Sequence record: MF327008
Source: Shigella phage Sf24
Reading direction: 5' to 3' (one strand)
Length of the DNA: 64,000 nucleotides
Shown: positions 1 to 9,769 of the stretch, piece after piece
Layout: the number at the start of each line of letters is the position of its first letter
Position numbering within the stretch: the stretch's first letter is position 1
The notes under the pieces: generated by a model
What the model saw: only the letters and a program-made list of their open reading frames with translations
Told to the model about the DNA's origin: nothing
The model's database searches: none
Made by a program: the position numbers and the translations under genes

Positions 1-103
1 AAATTCTTCGGCTTCTCCCATATCGAAAAAGCGTTGAATGATTCTATATTCTCGATGAACTGCTTTATCAAAAAGTTCTAAATTTACTCTATATGATTTC
101 ATT
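1..103 (-). CDS. partial CDS, N-terminal ~34 codons, continues past window start; product unknown
   Basis: ATG near 101-103 on minus strand preceded by GAGGA; early promoter just upstream. Confidence 0.4.
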
Positions 104-125
104 TCAATATCCTCATTTGCCCAAT

Positions 126-160
126 TAATTATACCACATCCTTGTGGTAAAGTAAACTAC
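126..160 (-). promoter_or_regulatory. T4-type early promoter
   Basis: minus strand reads GTTTAC ...17 nt... TGGTATAAT; inverted repeat CCACA/TGTGG between the boxes. Confidence 0.6.
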
Positions 161-1974
161 TGGCTCATCCATTCTTTACGAAGATCAGCATTATCTCCCA
201 TGAGCATTTCAAAAAGCTCTTTCCAATTCTCAGGAAGTTTAACAACATCATATACTGGATTTTGAATCATCTCACGATATTCAGATTTTTCCAAAGAGCC
301 AAGTCCTTTAATATAACGGATGCTATGTTTAGGTAGAGCATTTTTGGCACTCTCATATTCAGCGACTGTATAAAACCATTCTTGTTTTTTACCGACCTGA
401 GCGATGATTACAGGAGTTTTGACAAAGCGAATTCGTCCTTGCTCAAACAGTTCTGGCCAATTACTAAAAAATCCAAGAAGAGAAGGATAAATGCTTCCTA
501 AACCATCATGGTCAGCATCGGTCATAATAGCAATATTATGATAATTCAAGTTTTCAGCTTTTTCACCAAGAACTAATCCAGTGATTGCGCAAATATCAAA
601 TAGTTCTTTGTTTTTAAGCATATCAGCATATGACATACCCCAACTGTTGAGAACTTTACCGCGCAATGGATAACCACCATGAAGTTCTTTATCACGAACA
701 TCAATAAGATATCCGATAGCAGAATCACCCTCAGTCAAGAAAAGAGTAGTGTCAGCATCTTTACCACAAAGATTCGCTTTGATATGTTTATGAACCTTAG
801 CTTTAGAAGCCTTTTTAGCTGCTTTAGTTTCTGCTGCTTTTTCTGCCGCCAATTTACGAGCCAACGCAGCTTCAATAATTGGCATTAAAATTGCTTCATT
901 ATTTAGAATAGCGCGTGAAATCTTTTTAGCATCAAGCTGAATATGACTACGAATTTCGCCAAATGGAGAAGTCAAACGCTCTTTAGTTTGAGAATCAAAT
1001 CGCATGTTTTTCATATCACGAACAAACATAACGATAGTCAAACATTCTTTGACACGTGCTTTAGTTACATCAATTTTGAACTTACGTTTGATTTGTGGAA
1101 TAAGGTCTTCACAAATATCATCCATAACACAGTCAATGTGATGGCCACCATTCTTAGTGTGAATGTTATTCACATAAGTTAATTGACGAAATCCATCCGG
1201 TGAACGACCAACAGCAATAGAACAATTTTCTTGTTCTTGAACGATAGCATGTTCATCATACTGTCGTGCATATTTCTTAAAATTGCCCTGAACCTTTTTA
1301 CCATTAAAGGTAAATTGAATATCAGGATAAACTACTGCAAGTGTCTGGAGACGATCGAGTGTAATGTCAAGATAAACCTGAGATAGCTCATTAGTTTCAA
1401 ATGACATAAAATCAGGAATGAAAGTAACACGAGTTCCTTTCCATTTTCCAGGAATATCTTCCCATGATTTATTTTCCATGCCGTTTGAACAACGAACTAC
1501 AATATTATTTTGACCATCACCAGTTTCACCAACAAACATCACAGAAAAAATGTTTGTCAAACTAGAACCAACACCGTTCATACCGCCGGTGACGCGTTCT
1601 TTATCATCACCGAAGTTACCACCTGCTTTTGGAATAGTCCATGCAGCAACAGGACCAGGAATTTCTTCACCGGTAGGTGTTTTAACCATCGCTTGTGGAA
1701 TACCACGACCGTTATCTTCAACTGTTACTTGATTATTTTTAATAGTAACATTAATTTTATTTGCGAATTTAAACTTAGTACGAATACCTTCATCTACTGA
1801 GTTATCAATAATTTCATCAATAAGCTTAACAAGACCAGGTACATACTGAACACTTTCCCATTTACCAAACAGAAAGCGCTCATGCATTTCATTAGCTGAA
1901 GAGCCAATGTACATGCCACTACGCTTTTTGATATGTTCAATATCGCTCAGAATTTTAATTTCATTCTTAATCAT
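157..1974 (-). CDS. 39: DNA topoisomerase II large subunit, single ORF equivalent to T4 gp39 plus gp60
   Basis: N-terminus MIKNEIKILSDIEHIKKRSGMYIGS matches T4 gp39; ~605 aa continuous; GAGGA RBS before the second Met. Confidence 0.93.
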   Translation of the reverse strand: MIKNEIKILSDIEHIKKRSGMYIGSSANEMHERFLFGKWESVQYVPGLVKLIDEIIDNSVDEGIRTKFKFANKINVTIKNNQVTVEDNGRGIPQAMVKTPTGEEIPGPVAAWTIPKAGGNFGDDKERVTGGMNGVGSSLTNIFSVMFVGETGDGQNNIVVRCSNGMENKSWEDIPGKWKGTRVTFIPDFMSFETNELSQVYLDITLDRLQTLAVVYPDIQFTFNGKKVQGNFKKYARQYDEHAIVQEQENCSIAVGRSPDGFRQLTYVNNIHTKNGGHHIDCVMDDICEDLIPQIKRKFKIDVTKARVKECLTIVMFVRDMKNMRFDSQTKERLTSPFGEIRSHIQLDAKKISRAILNNEAILMPIIEAALARKLAAEKAAETKAAKKASKAKVHKHIKANLCGKDADTTLFLTEGDSAIGYLIDVRDKELHGGYPLRGKVLNSWGMSYADMLKNKELFDICAITGLVLGEKAENLNYHNIAIMTDADHDGLGSIYPSLLGFFSNWPELFEQGRIRFVKTPVIIAQVGKKQEWFYTVAEYESAKNALPKHSIRYIKGLGSLEKSEYREMIQNPVYDVVKLPENWKELFEMLMGDNADLRKEWMSQ

Positions 1975-2026
1975 CACTTATCCTCGTTTGGTTTCGGGAA
2001 TATTATACTCCGGTAGTCATAAAGCT

Positions 2027-2044
2027 AAAGGCCCGAAGGCCTTT
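2027..2044 (-). terminator. stem-loop with UUCG loop on minus transcript
   Basis: GGCC-CGAA-GGCC palindrome flanked by A/T runs. Confidence 0.5.
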
Positions 2045-2313
2045 TATTTAAAACGAATAGTTGAATCCTTAAAGAACAGCCCAGAACATACTGTTCCTTC
2101 TACTTTCTGCCCAGTAGGTCCAACAGCACGAAATCCAGTGTGTTGGAAATCATTTTCAGAGCAACCGAACCAGTTATATCCAGTGATTTCAATATTAGTA
2201 AAACCACTTGAAGACAAAACTTTAGTTGCATTATCAGCATCAGTACATCCTACTAAAGATACTGCTAATACTAATGCTGCAATAGAACGATTAATATATT
2301 TCATAATTTTCAC
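2044..2313 (-). CDS. small lipoprotein (39.1-position ORF)
   Basis: signal peptide with lipobox LVGC; intergenic fit. Confidence 0.6.
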   Translation of the reverse strand: MKIMKYINRSIAALVLAVSLVGCTDADNATKVLSSSGFTNIEITGYNWFGCSENDFQHTGFRAVGPTGQKVEGTVCSGLFFKDSTIRFK

Positions 2314-2681
2314 TTAAATTTAATGGCTTGAAGGAGACTAATAACTCTCAAACGACTTCTTTCATCTTTAACTGTAAAAGAAAGAGGGTCACCAGATTTC
2401 ATAGTAATAGTACATTCAAAATCAAAATCTTCTGTGACTTCTTCGAAGAAGTCAAATTCTTCATCATAAATTAGAACACTACTTTGCAGACTGTGAAGAG
2501 TTTTTCCAGCATTTCCAGATGCTGTACCAATCATTGTAACATTATGACCTTTCATATCTTCAACGATAAATTCACTAGTCAATATTACAGCATTAATAGA
2601 ACTATTCCTATTACTAGCAGAAAGTAGATATTTCTGTTCTTCACCTTCACAAATGCGATATTTCTTACCAATTTTAAACAT
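2310..2681 (-). CDS. hypothetical protein (39.2-position)
   Basis: 123-aa ORF, start overlaps upstream stop. Confidence 0.55.
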   Translation of the reverse strand: MFKIGKKYRICEGEEQKYLLSASNRNSSINAVILTSEFIVEDMKGHNVTMIGTASGNAGKTLHSLQSSVLIYDEEFDFFEEVTEDFDFECTITMKSGDPLSFTVKDERSRLRVISLLQAIKFK

Positions 2682-2683
2682 AA

Positions 2684-2860
2684 TTACCCTTTAAGTAAGT
2701 CGTAAAAACCACCATTCACATGCTTAGGAGCAGAAGGCCGACGAGTAGACAAACGGTGACATTTAGGGCAAACATCATTTTCTCGTTCAGAAATCTTTTT
2801 AATTTTTTCATATTCATGCCCGCAATCTTCGGATTGGCATTTATAATCATACATTGGCAT
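2684..2860 (-). CDS. small zinc-ribbon protein (FmdB-like CxxC...CxxC), ~58 aa
   Basis: MPMYDYKCQSEDCGHEY...CPKCHRL; AAGGA RBS; fills gap between flanking ORFs; below track size cutoff. Confidence 0.5.
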   Translation of the reverse strand: MPMYDYKCQSEDCGHEYEKIKKISERENDVCPKCHRLSTRRPSAPKHVNGGFYDLLKG

Positions 2861-2862
2861 AA

Positions 2863-3288
2863 TTATTCCTTAAAGTGTGCTTTCAGCATTTGATACAAGG
2901 ACCATGCCTGTTCATTATTTTCAATAGTAACTTTCATGACTGGGAATTCTGTGAAATCTTCTATTTGTTCTTGCTCTTGCTCTTCCTGCTCTTGCTCTTC
3001 AACTGCCTGATATGGATTTTCCACTTCATCAAAGAACCCAGCTTCGTTAGTAGAAAGCCAGATAAAGTTTTCGTCAAGGATATCACCATGTGTTGCATAT
3101 CCAACTGTGCCAGTAGATGTCACAATTTTAGTAGGACGACCAAGATGGTCAACATCTAAAATTTTAAAAGGATGCATACCTAAACGGCGTGCATAGATTC
3201 CGTTATCAGTATGGTCTTTAATAAAATTTTCTTGAGCTTGTTTATTTTTAAATTGATACCATTTATTAACTTCAAATTTAATAGCCAT
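2863..3288 (-). CDS. goF: GoF-like protein (141 aa)
   Basis: size and position between 39 and cef as in T4. Confidence 0.6.
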   Translation of the reverse strand: MAIKFEVNKWYQFKNKQAQENFIKDHTDNGIYARRLGMHPFKILDVDHLGRPTKIVTSTGTVGYATHGDILDENFIWLSTNEAGFFDEVENPYQAVEEQEQEEQEQEQIEDFTEFPVMKVTIENNEQAWSLYQMLKAHFKE

Positions 3289-3503
3289 TAATAAATTTCC
3301 TTCCAGTAAGTTGTACCGTCTTCAGTGATTTCACGGAATACACCATAAATCGGTTGTTTATCACCAACCTTTTCATACACATAAACCGAAGTCAAGTGAG
3401 TAAACTTAACGGTATGTTCCTTTTGAACTACTACCAAATCTGGATCGAATAATACATCTTCAAATTCGTCATTAGTGCAGTTCTGAACAATTTTACGTTT
3501 CAT
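3288..3503 (-). CDS. cef: Cef-like protein (71 aa)
   Basis: 71 aa, position after goF as in T4. Confidence 0.6.
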   Translation of the reverse strand: MKRKIVQNCTNDEFEDVLFDPDLVVVQKEHTVKFTHLTSVYVYEKVGDKQPIYGVFREITEDGTTYWKEIY

Positions 3504-3516
3504 TACAATTTCCTCA

Positions 3517-3786
3517 TTAATTGAACAGTGGAGCGATGCGTTTCAGAAGAGTAGCAGCACCTTTGGCAAATTTTACATCATGAAAAACAGTTTCTTCTTC
3601 CGTTACAACACGAGCTTTAATGTTTTCACAATCCCAATTTTTGCGAACAATCTTCAAAAGCTGCAGTAAATCTTTACATTCAGCAATATCGATAACACAT
3701 CCACGAGGATCTTCCATTATCGCACGATAACCGTAAGCCATACCATAATCATTGAAAGATTGCTCGATGATAATTAAATTTTCCAT
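3517..3786 (-). CDS. hypothetical protein
   Basis: start at internal Met MENLIIIEQ preceded by GGAGAA; track N-terminal extension reads through leader. Confidence 0.55.
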   Translation of the reverse strand: MENLIIIEQSFNDYGMAYGYRAIMEDPRGCVIDIAECKDLLQLLKIVRKNWDCENIKARVVTEEETVFHDVKFAKGAATLLKRIAPLFN

Positions 3787-3810
3787 TTTATTCTCCAAGT
3801 TGTTTTCTGT

Positions 3811-3853
3811 ATCAGTAGTTGATATTGATATAGTACCATAATCAACTACTGAT
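3811..3853. repeat. perfect 13-bp inverted repeat with 17-nt spacer in the leader/promoter region
   Basis: ATCAGTAGTTGAT ... ATCAACTACTGAT; spacer contains TATAGTACCA. Confidence 0.7.
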
Positions 3854-3893
3854 GTATATAGTTTTATGAAAAAATTTTAAACTTTATGCAAAT

Positions 3894-4313
3894 TTATGCT
3901 AAAGCTGCTTCGCACCATTTTTTAATTTGGAATTCAGGAACTACCATGAACTGGCCTGCAAAAACAATATTGTAGAGCTTGACACCATCTTCTACCCAAC
4001 GGTCCGAAATAAAACCAGCGACTTGATTCGTTGTCCATGGAGTTCCATCTGTTGCTGCCGCAATTGTGAATTTATGGTCTTTTACAACTAAAACTGAAGA
4101 ACAAAGTTTCCATTTAAATGCGCTTTCTTCTGGCTCAATGAATTGGCCTGAGACGTAACCAATGTTACCATCGGAGTCACGAACTTTAACCTCGTTACGA
4201 CCAAAAACTGGATCACTTACAGAAAGAACTTCAACCAACTTTCCTGCAACTTTAGAACGAGAAGCAACGGATACATATACGTAATCACCAGTAGAGAGAT
4301 TTACAATATTCAT
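3894..4313 (-). CDS. hypothetical protein, member of local paralog family (motB region)
   Basis: C-terminal motif RWVEDGVKLYNIVFAGQF shared with the next two ORFs. Confidence 0.6.
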   Translation of the reverse strand: MNIVNLSTGDYVYVSVASRSKVAGKLVEVLSVSDPVFGRNEVKVRDSDGNIGYVSGQFIEPEESAFKWKLCSSVLVVKDHKFTIAAATDGTPWTTNQVAGFISDRWVEDGVKLYNIVFAGQFMVVPEFQIKKWCEAALA

Positions 4314-4325
4314 AATAATAATTCC

Positions 4326-4799
4326 TTAAGCTTTACGAGGAGAAGCATAACGAGTGATTTCAGATTCTTCAACAACCCGGAAGTCACCTAAGAATACGAT
4401 ATTGTAGAGCTTTTCACCATCTTCAACCCATTGGTCTGTGATGAAGCCACACATCCTATCAGTTTTACTTGGACCAACGAAATCATCAATATAATCGAAT
4501 TCTTCATCAGTTACAAATTCAACGCCTTTACACAACGCCCATTTAAATTGTGCATTAGACTCAGTGGATTCAACTTCTTCAACAGAAGCAAAATGAGAGC
4601 TAACACGAGTTTCCAGAAATTTAGGACTTACGTAAGCGTACTGAGTTTCAGTTTTTCCAGAACTAGGAATGATTCGAACTTTAACTTCTTTAACACGACC
4701 AGTACCATTAGTACGAAGTCCTACCACTTCAACTAGACGACCTGCAGCTTTAGAACGAGATGCAGATGATACACGCTTAATTTCACCGATAGTAATCAT
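4326..4799 (-). CDS. motB: MotB-like protein (157 aa), paralog family member
   Basis: position between cef and dexA; shared motif QWVEDGEKLYNIVF. Confidence 0.45.
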   Translation of the reverse strand: MITIGEIKRVSSASRSKAAGRLVEVVGLRTNGTGRVKEVKVRIIPSSGKTETQYAYVSPKFLETRVSSHFASVEEVESTESNAQFKWALCKGVEFVTDEEFDYIDDFVGPSKTDRMCGFITDQWVEDGEKLYNIVFLGDFRVVEESEITRYASPRKA

Positions 4800-4835
4800 A
4801 ATTTTTCTCTCTTTGTTGTTAAGATTTATTCTCCA

Positions 4836-4872
4836 TGAGAGCCATTATAACAGGCTCTCTATAAAGTAAACT
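4836..4872 (-). promoter_or_regulatory. T4-type early promoter with stem-loop flanking the -10
   Basis: GTTTAC then TGTTATAAT on minus strand; 7-bp inverted repeat GAGAGCC/GGCTCTC around the -10. Confidence 0.55.
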
Positions 4873-5366
4873 TAATTAAGGATATTAATTACTGCACTAC
4901 GTGGAACTACACTAAAATCACCTGCATGAACAACGTTCAGAAGTTCAACACCGTCTTCAATCCACTGATCAGTTACCCATCCACTCACTGGACCTGCGAA
5001 CGGACGTCGAATTGAAACAGCTTTACACAACAAATCAGTAGGCTCAATAGGCTTAACCAGAGTACCGTACATACAAGCGATATCCATATCAATACAGATG
5101 TCTTTAACGGGTTCTACTTCTTCAATCAACAGTTCAAAGTCGGTGCTTGGAAGGGCGGTAGTAGAAATTGTACCGTATGAATTTTTAATTTCTAAGAATA
5201 ACCAAGGGCCTTCAGCTTGTTTGATGAAGTTAACAATAGTGAAACTATTACCTTGAGTGGCGCCTAAAATTTCACAAAACTTTTCATAAGCTCGCACTGA
5301 AGCACCATACCAGTTGATTTGCTTTTCGTCTTTCAGGATGTAAGTAGCTGTAGTACTGATATTCAT
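4872..5366 (-). CDS. hypothetical protein, paralog family member (164 aa)
   Basis: shared motif QWIEDGVELLNVVHAGDF. Confidence 0.6.
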   Translation of the reverse strand: MNISTTATYILKDEKQINWYGASVRAYEKFCEILGATQGNSFTIVNFIKQAEGPWLFLEIKNSYGTISTTALPSTDFELLIEEVEPVKDICIDMDIACMYGTLVKPIEPTDLLCKAVSIRRPFAGPVSGWVTDQWIEDGVELLNVVHAGDFSVVPRSAVINILN

Positions 5367-5378
5367 GATGTTTTCCCC

Positions 5379-5882
5379 TTAATCTAAGGTAATAAAGCCT
5401 TTTAATTCGGCATGTGACTTGCGGAACATTACTTGATGACCGCCAATGATAACTTGGTCATCAGGTACTTCGTATACAGCGAGATAAAATCCTTTAGAAG
5501 CTAATTCTTCACGCTCTTCTCGTGTGAACCATCTCATCATATCATATTCGCTAGCGAAAGCAAAATGATAAAGAGCTATAAACCATCCTGGAATATAGTG
5601 ATCTACGCCTACATATTCTTCTTTCTCAAAATTAGTATTAATTGCTATATTAGCATTTTTAACTAATAATTTGTCTTCATGCGGCACAGGAATTCTTTTA
5701 TTATCATTACTATGATGCATAAAATTGGGTCTGTCATAACCTACGCGTAATAACCACTCTTCACTCCATGAATCTATTATACTCCTGTACGGAGTTATTT
5801 GAACACAAAGATCTCGACGTATTGTTATAGCATCTTCATAATTAAGAATACTAAACGATGATTCAACACGATAAATTTTCAT
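5379..5882 (-). CDS. hypothetical protein
   Basis: internal Met MKIYRV preceded by GAGGA; early promoter upstream. Confidence 0.55.
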   Translation of the reverse strand: MKIYRVESSFSILNYEDAITIRRDLCVQITPYRSIIDSWSEEWLLRVGYDRPNFMHHSNDNKRIPVPHEDKLLVKNANIAINTNFEKEEYVGVDHYIPGWFIALYHFAFASEYDMMRWFTREEREELASKGFYLAVYEVPDDQVIIGGHQVMFRKSHAELKGFITLD

Positions 5883-5907
5883 TTTATTATCCTCAGTAGC
5901 TATGGTG

Positions 5908-5940
5908 TTATAGTACCACAACTAACCGAGGAAGTAAACA
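5908..5940 (-). promoter_or_regulatory. T4-type early promoter
   Basis: GTTTAC ... TGGTACTATAA on minus strand. Confidence 0.5.
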
Positions 5941-5945
5941 ACTTT

Positions 5946-6629
5946 TTATCGTTTTGTTGGAAGAGATAGAGGATCGCAATCTTCCTCTGATGGAGCATCT
6001 TCAAGACCCATAGCATATCGCAAAGCGTACTTCATCATCAGGATGTCTTTCGCACAGTCATGAATAGAATCATGTGCAACGAATCCATCTAAAGTTCCCT
6101 TTGGAAGAGGACATGTGGTCATATCACGAACAAGCAGAAGTGCTTCAATTCTGGTACGAATATCACGCTGATTCCAAAATTTACAAGGTTCTAACTTAAA
6201 TGTATCAAGCTCATTCTCGGAAACGCCGTTAAGACGTTGAATATCGCGAATGAGATCGACTAAAATTGGAAAATCAAACGACATTCCACGGCACCAGCCT
6301 TGAGATTTCCAAGGATCGATATTATGCGCATTGATGTAATCATTAAATTTTGCAATACCATCGATAGTGCTTACATCTTCATCTGATGGCGCAATATTTT
6401 TTCGAGCTTCAGGAGATTGATTCTTCCACCATTCGATAGTGCTTTTAGTAAAAAGACGATGTCCTTTTTGGCTTTTTAAATCAAATTTGATTTTAATGCC
6501 ACGTGAAACTAATTCATCAAATGTTTCAACGACTTCTGGATTAGGGTCAAAAGCAATTACAGCCAAATCAATAACAGCTGCTTTTTCACCGCTTCCCATT
6601 GTTTCAAAATCTATAATAAAATCAAACAT
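5946..6629 (-). CDS. dexA: exonuclease A (DEDDh 3-5 exonuclease)
   Basis: 227 aa as T4 DexA; MFDFIIDFETMG motif. Confidence 0.85.
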   Translation of the reverse strand: MFDFIIDFETMGSGEKAAVIDLAVIAFDPNPEVVETFDELVSRGIKIKFDLKSQKGHRLFTKSTIEWWKNQSPEARKNIAPSDEDVSTIDGIAKFNDYINAHNIDPWKSQGWCRGMSFDFPILVDLIRDIQRLNGVSENELDTFKLEPCKFWNQRDIRTRIEALLLVRDMTTCPLPKGTLDGFVAHDSIHDCAKDILMMKYALRYAMGLEDAPSEEDCDPLSLPTKR

Positions 6630-6871
6630 TAAATTTTCCTTGCTAAATCGCGAATTTGACCTACAGTATAATCTTGGATATAAACTTTATTAATAGGCTC
6701 ATCAATAAATTTTGCCATAGATTCAATATCTTTTTGTATCTCTTCAAGACTGTATACTATCTTTAAAGCTTTTTCGCGAATAGTAATATTTTCAGGACTA
6801 GAATTTTCCTCAATGACAGCTTTAACATTTGTCATAAGAGATTTAAACTGATGCAAACTTAATTCAATCAT
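6629..6871 (-). CDS. hypothetical small protein (dexA.1-position), paralog set
   Basis: likely start at internal Met; similar C-terminal segment to next ORF. Confidence 0.5.
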   Translation of the reverse strand: MIELSLHQFKSLMTNVKAVIEENSSPENITIREKALKIVYSLEEIQKDIESMAKFIDEPINKVYIQDYTVGQIRDLARKI

Positions 6872-7124
6872 TAATAACCGCCTTATAAAGATGGCTAATT
6901 TCACCTAAAACATAATCACTGATTGTGACAGTTTTCACTTCACCACAAAAGAATTCTAACGCAATTAAATCTCGTTCAATTTCTTCTAATTGAAGCATTA
7001 ACTTGCCAGATTCAATTTTTACATTTCTACGATTTTTACTATAAGCTATTTCATAAATTTCGCTCACTTTATCTTGAAGCAGATAAAACTGGTCTTTAGT
7101 TATTTCCACGAATAGCTTCCTCAA
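6864..7124 (-). CDS. hypothetical small protein, paralog set
   Basis: 86-aa ORF; start codon uncertain (track start looks non-ATG). Confidence 0.4.
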   Translation of the reverse strand: MRKLFVEITKDQFYLLQDKVSEIYEIAYSKNRRNVKIESGKLMLQLEEIERDLIALEFFCGEVKTVTISDYVLGEISHLYKAVIND

Positions 7125-7356
7125 ATTTAATTAGTAATTTACAGACACTTTCATCTAGTGTAATTACCGTATCTGTATTACTGTGATATGATTGTTTTTC
7201 AATTCGTTTAATTGCTAATATAGTATCACTTATAAGATAAAGCTTATGAAGGAGCTCAGCTCCTGTTACCATAACATCGAGATTATCTTGCTTATTAGTA
7301 TGCTTCCTTATACCATCTATTAGACGATTTAAATATTTTGAATTGATGTTAATCAT
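7096..7356 (-). CDS. hypothetical small protein
   Basis: 86-aa ORF immediately downstream of dda. Confidence 0.5.
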   Translation of the reverse strand: MININSKYLNRLIDGIRKHTNKQDNLDVMVTGAELLHKLYLISDTILAIKRIEKQSYHSNTDTVITLDESVCKLLIKFEEAIRGNN

Positions 7357-7362
7357 ATAGCC

Positions 7363-8682
7363 TCACACATAAAACACATCATAACGACCACGTGTTACAC
7401 CAACATAAAGAAGCTGCTGAGCTAGTTCAGCATCTGCATAATGAATACAAGGCGTATAAATGAAAGCACGGTCTACAGACATACCCTGAGCTTTATGGAA
7501 TGTTGATGCAGGAAGTGCTTTCACTTTACTAAACTGTGATTTAGCATCCCAAAAATCACTCCACGGAGCCTTTCCGCCTTTATTCCAATTTTTATAAGTT
7601 TCTGCCGTTTTACCTAAAAACAGGTTAAACTTATATAGCTCTTCATCAGATGAAATTATTTTAATCTTTTCACGATAATATTCATCATCGCCGTAAGTTT
7701 CTACTGTTAAATCCCAATGACGAATTAAGTATTCTCCAGGAACACCACGAGCTTTAACAAACGTTGATGTATACTCTGCTTCTATAATACGAACTAATTG
7801 TCCATTATTAAAAATAATTTCTGATACAGGCTTTCCATCAATTTTATATGTTTTAATTAATGGTTCCTGCATTACAATAATTTCACCAACAATAAAATCT
7901 TTATCAGTTTCAAAAATCTTTTTACGAATAATATTGTTTAACTTGTCAACAGATTTATTCGTAAATGCCATTACGCGATTTTCAAACAAATCATCTAGTG
8001 ATTTGACGATTGAAAAATAATTTACCATAAAATCGCGTAAAGCGGTATCACCAGTAAATCCACGTACTCCATGCCCGTCAACAACTTTATCATAAATCCA
8101 CTTACCATTACGAACATCAGTAGCTACATCAATAATAGGAGCATTACTGCGTTTAACTTCAGTAAGTTCACACTGATAAAAATCTTTGTGTGTAAAGAAT
8201 GGACTGATATAAGCAGTATTTTCTCCTGGGTCAACAGGTCTAATTTGCTTATTATCACCTATTCCAATTATAGTACACCACGGCGGGATAGTTGAAAGCA
8301 GAATTTTAAATAGCTTTCTATCATACATTGACACTTCATCGCAGATTAATACTCTGCATTTAGCTAAATCTGGTACTTCTTTTTGTTCAAAAAGAACGTT
8401 TTCTTCATATGTTACCGGGTTAATTTTAAGAATGCTGTGAATAGTACTCGCTTCTTTCCCTGATAGTTTTGAAAGAATCTTTTTAGCTGCATGTGTAGGA
8501 GCTGCTAAAATAATACCAGTTTCACCCGTAGATATTAAAGCTTCAATGATGAATTTAGTAAGAGTAGTCTTACCGGTACCAGCAGGTCCATTAATAGTTA
8601 CATGATGTTTCTTTTCTTTAATAGCCTTCATAACAATGTTAAAGGCATTTTTCTGGCCTTCGGTCAAATCATCAAATGTCAT
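7363..8682 (-). CDS. dda: Dda DNA helicase (SF1)
   Basis: 439 aa; Walker A GPAGTGKTT; T4 Dda-like N-terminus. Confidence 0.92.
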   Translation of the reverse strand: MTFDDLTEGQKNAFNIVMKAIKEKKHHVTINGPAGTGKTTLTKFIIEALISTGETGIILAAPTHAAKKILSKLSGKEASTIHSILKINPVTYEENVLFEQKEVPDLAKCRVLICDEVSMYDRKLFKILLSTIPPWCTIIGIGDNKQIRPVDPGENTAYISPFFTHKDFYQCELTEVKRSNAPIIDVATDVRNGKWIYDKVVDGHGVRGFTGDTALRDFMVNYFSIVKSLDDLFENRVMAFTNKSVDKLNNIIRKKIFETDKDFIVGEIIVMQEPLIKTYKIDGKPVSEIIFNNGQLVRIIEAEYTSTFVKARGVPGEYLIRHWDLTVETYGDDEYYREKIKIISSDEELYKFNLFLGKTAETYKNWNKGGKAPWSDFWDAKSQFSKVKALPASTFHKAQGMSVDRAFIYTPCIHYADAELAQQLLYVGVTRGRYDVFYV

Positions 8683-8990
8683 CGGAAAGTCCCTGCAATT
8701 GGAATACTAACAATACGCCCAGTATCTAGAATTCGTTGATATAATCTTTGTGTATCTACATCAGGCTTAACATGTTTAACTTCTATTTTATTAAACCAAA
8801 ACTTGCGTGGAGTCTCAACTAGTCTTGGAATTCCCATACCTAAAGCTAGTTTATATTGGTCTTTGAGAGTAGTAAAAACTCTATCAGCAATCTCTCTTTC
8901 AAAAAACACAGCAGGACGATGTTCATCAAGTGGAACTGGCGCAGTAAATCCATCTTTGTCTCGGTAAACTATCGCATATACATAAACCAT
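8679..8990 (-). CDS. dda.1: hypothetical protein (dda.1-position)
   Basis: 103-aa ORF overlapping dda start. Confidence 0.55.
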   Translation of the reverse strand: MVYVYAIVYRDKDGFTAPVPLDEHRPAVFFEREIADRVFTTLKDQYKLALGMGIPRLVETPRKFWFNKIEVKHVKPDVDTQRLYQRILDTGRIVSIPIAGTFR

Positions 8991-8991
8991 A

Positions 8992-9738
8992 TTATCCTCG
9001 GATAAGTTTAAAAATTGAACAATTTAGCGGGTATCCTCTTTTCAGTTTAAGTTTATCAATAAAAGACAAGTTTTGATACCGCTCTACACCTTGAATAATT
9101 TTATCACACATATCATATTGCATTTCTGCTTCTGACAACTTTTTCACAATTTTCCAATCCGAGCCTTTAAGAAGAACGTTCAGTTTAACAACTTCAGCGC
9201 CTTCTGCTATGCGAGAACCATCAATACGAGCTTTAAGTGCTATAATTCTTAGCTTAATGTCAGAGGTCTGTTTTGATTTAGAAAGCTGAGAAATGTGTTC
9301 AATTCGGTTTTCACGTTTTTTCTGTATAGCTTTAATTTGATTATAAGTCTTTTTGATTTTAGCCCATTTCTTTTCATCTAAATTTAGTTTATGAACTTTT
9401 TTCGCAGATGAACGACCAATTCGCAAAGCAAATAAATCACGCTTTTCAATCAACTCTTCTAAAGTGTAATCAGAACGAAATGTATTATACTTTTTCTTTA
9501 CTGCAATAACATTCCCTTTAATGTATCCAACGTTATTATCAAAACGTTCTAATGATAATTTCTCTCCTTCAATACGATTATCAAAAGGTTCTCCCGAGTA
9601 AGCACAAACTTTCTGATCTAAAATGTTCTTAATGTAATTGAAGTCTAAGTTAAAATCTTTAGAACGTCTTTTTGCAGATGCCTGAGTATGCTCTAAACGA
9701 CGTTTAATTTTACGAATTTGGTTATTAGACAGCTTCAT
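8992..9738 (-). CDS. srd: Srd-like protein
   Basis: 248 aa, position between dda.1 and modA as in T4. Confidence 0.6.
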   Translation of the reverse strand: MKLSNNQIRKIKRRLEHTQASAKRRSKDFNLDFNYIKNILDQKVCAYSGEPFDNRIEGEKLSLERFDNNVGYIKGNVIAVKKKYNTFRSDYTLEELIEKRDLFALRIGRSSAKKVHKLNLDEKKWAKIKKTYNQIKAIQKKRENRIEHISQLSKSKQTSDIKLRIIALKARIDGSRIAEGAEVVKLNVLLKGSDWKIVKKLSEAEMQYDMCDKIIQGVERYQNLSFIDKLKLKRGYPLNCSIFKLIRG

Positions 9739-9769
9739 ATTTTTCTCACATCTTACGGACGGTTAACTA

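Noticed and set aside
679-888. Plus-strand ORFs nested inside minus-strand genes (this one and many others in the track, e.g. 943-1182, 25111-25317, 29796-30212, 44309-44638)
   Set aside because: They lie antisense within well-supported genes, lack RBS and promoters, and have low-complexity composition typical of antisense frames in AT-rich DNA.
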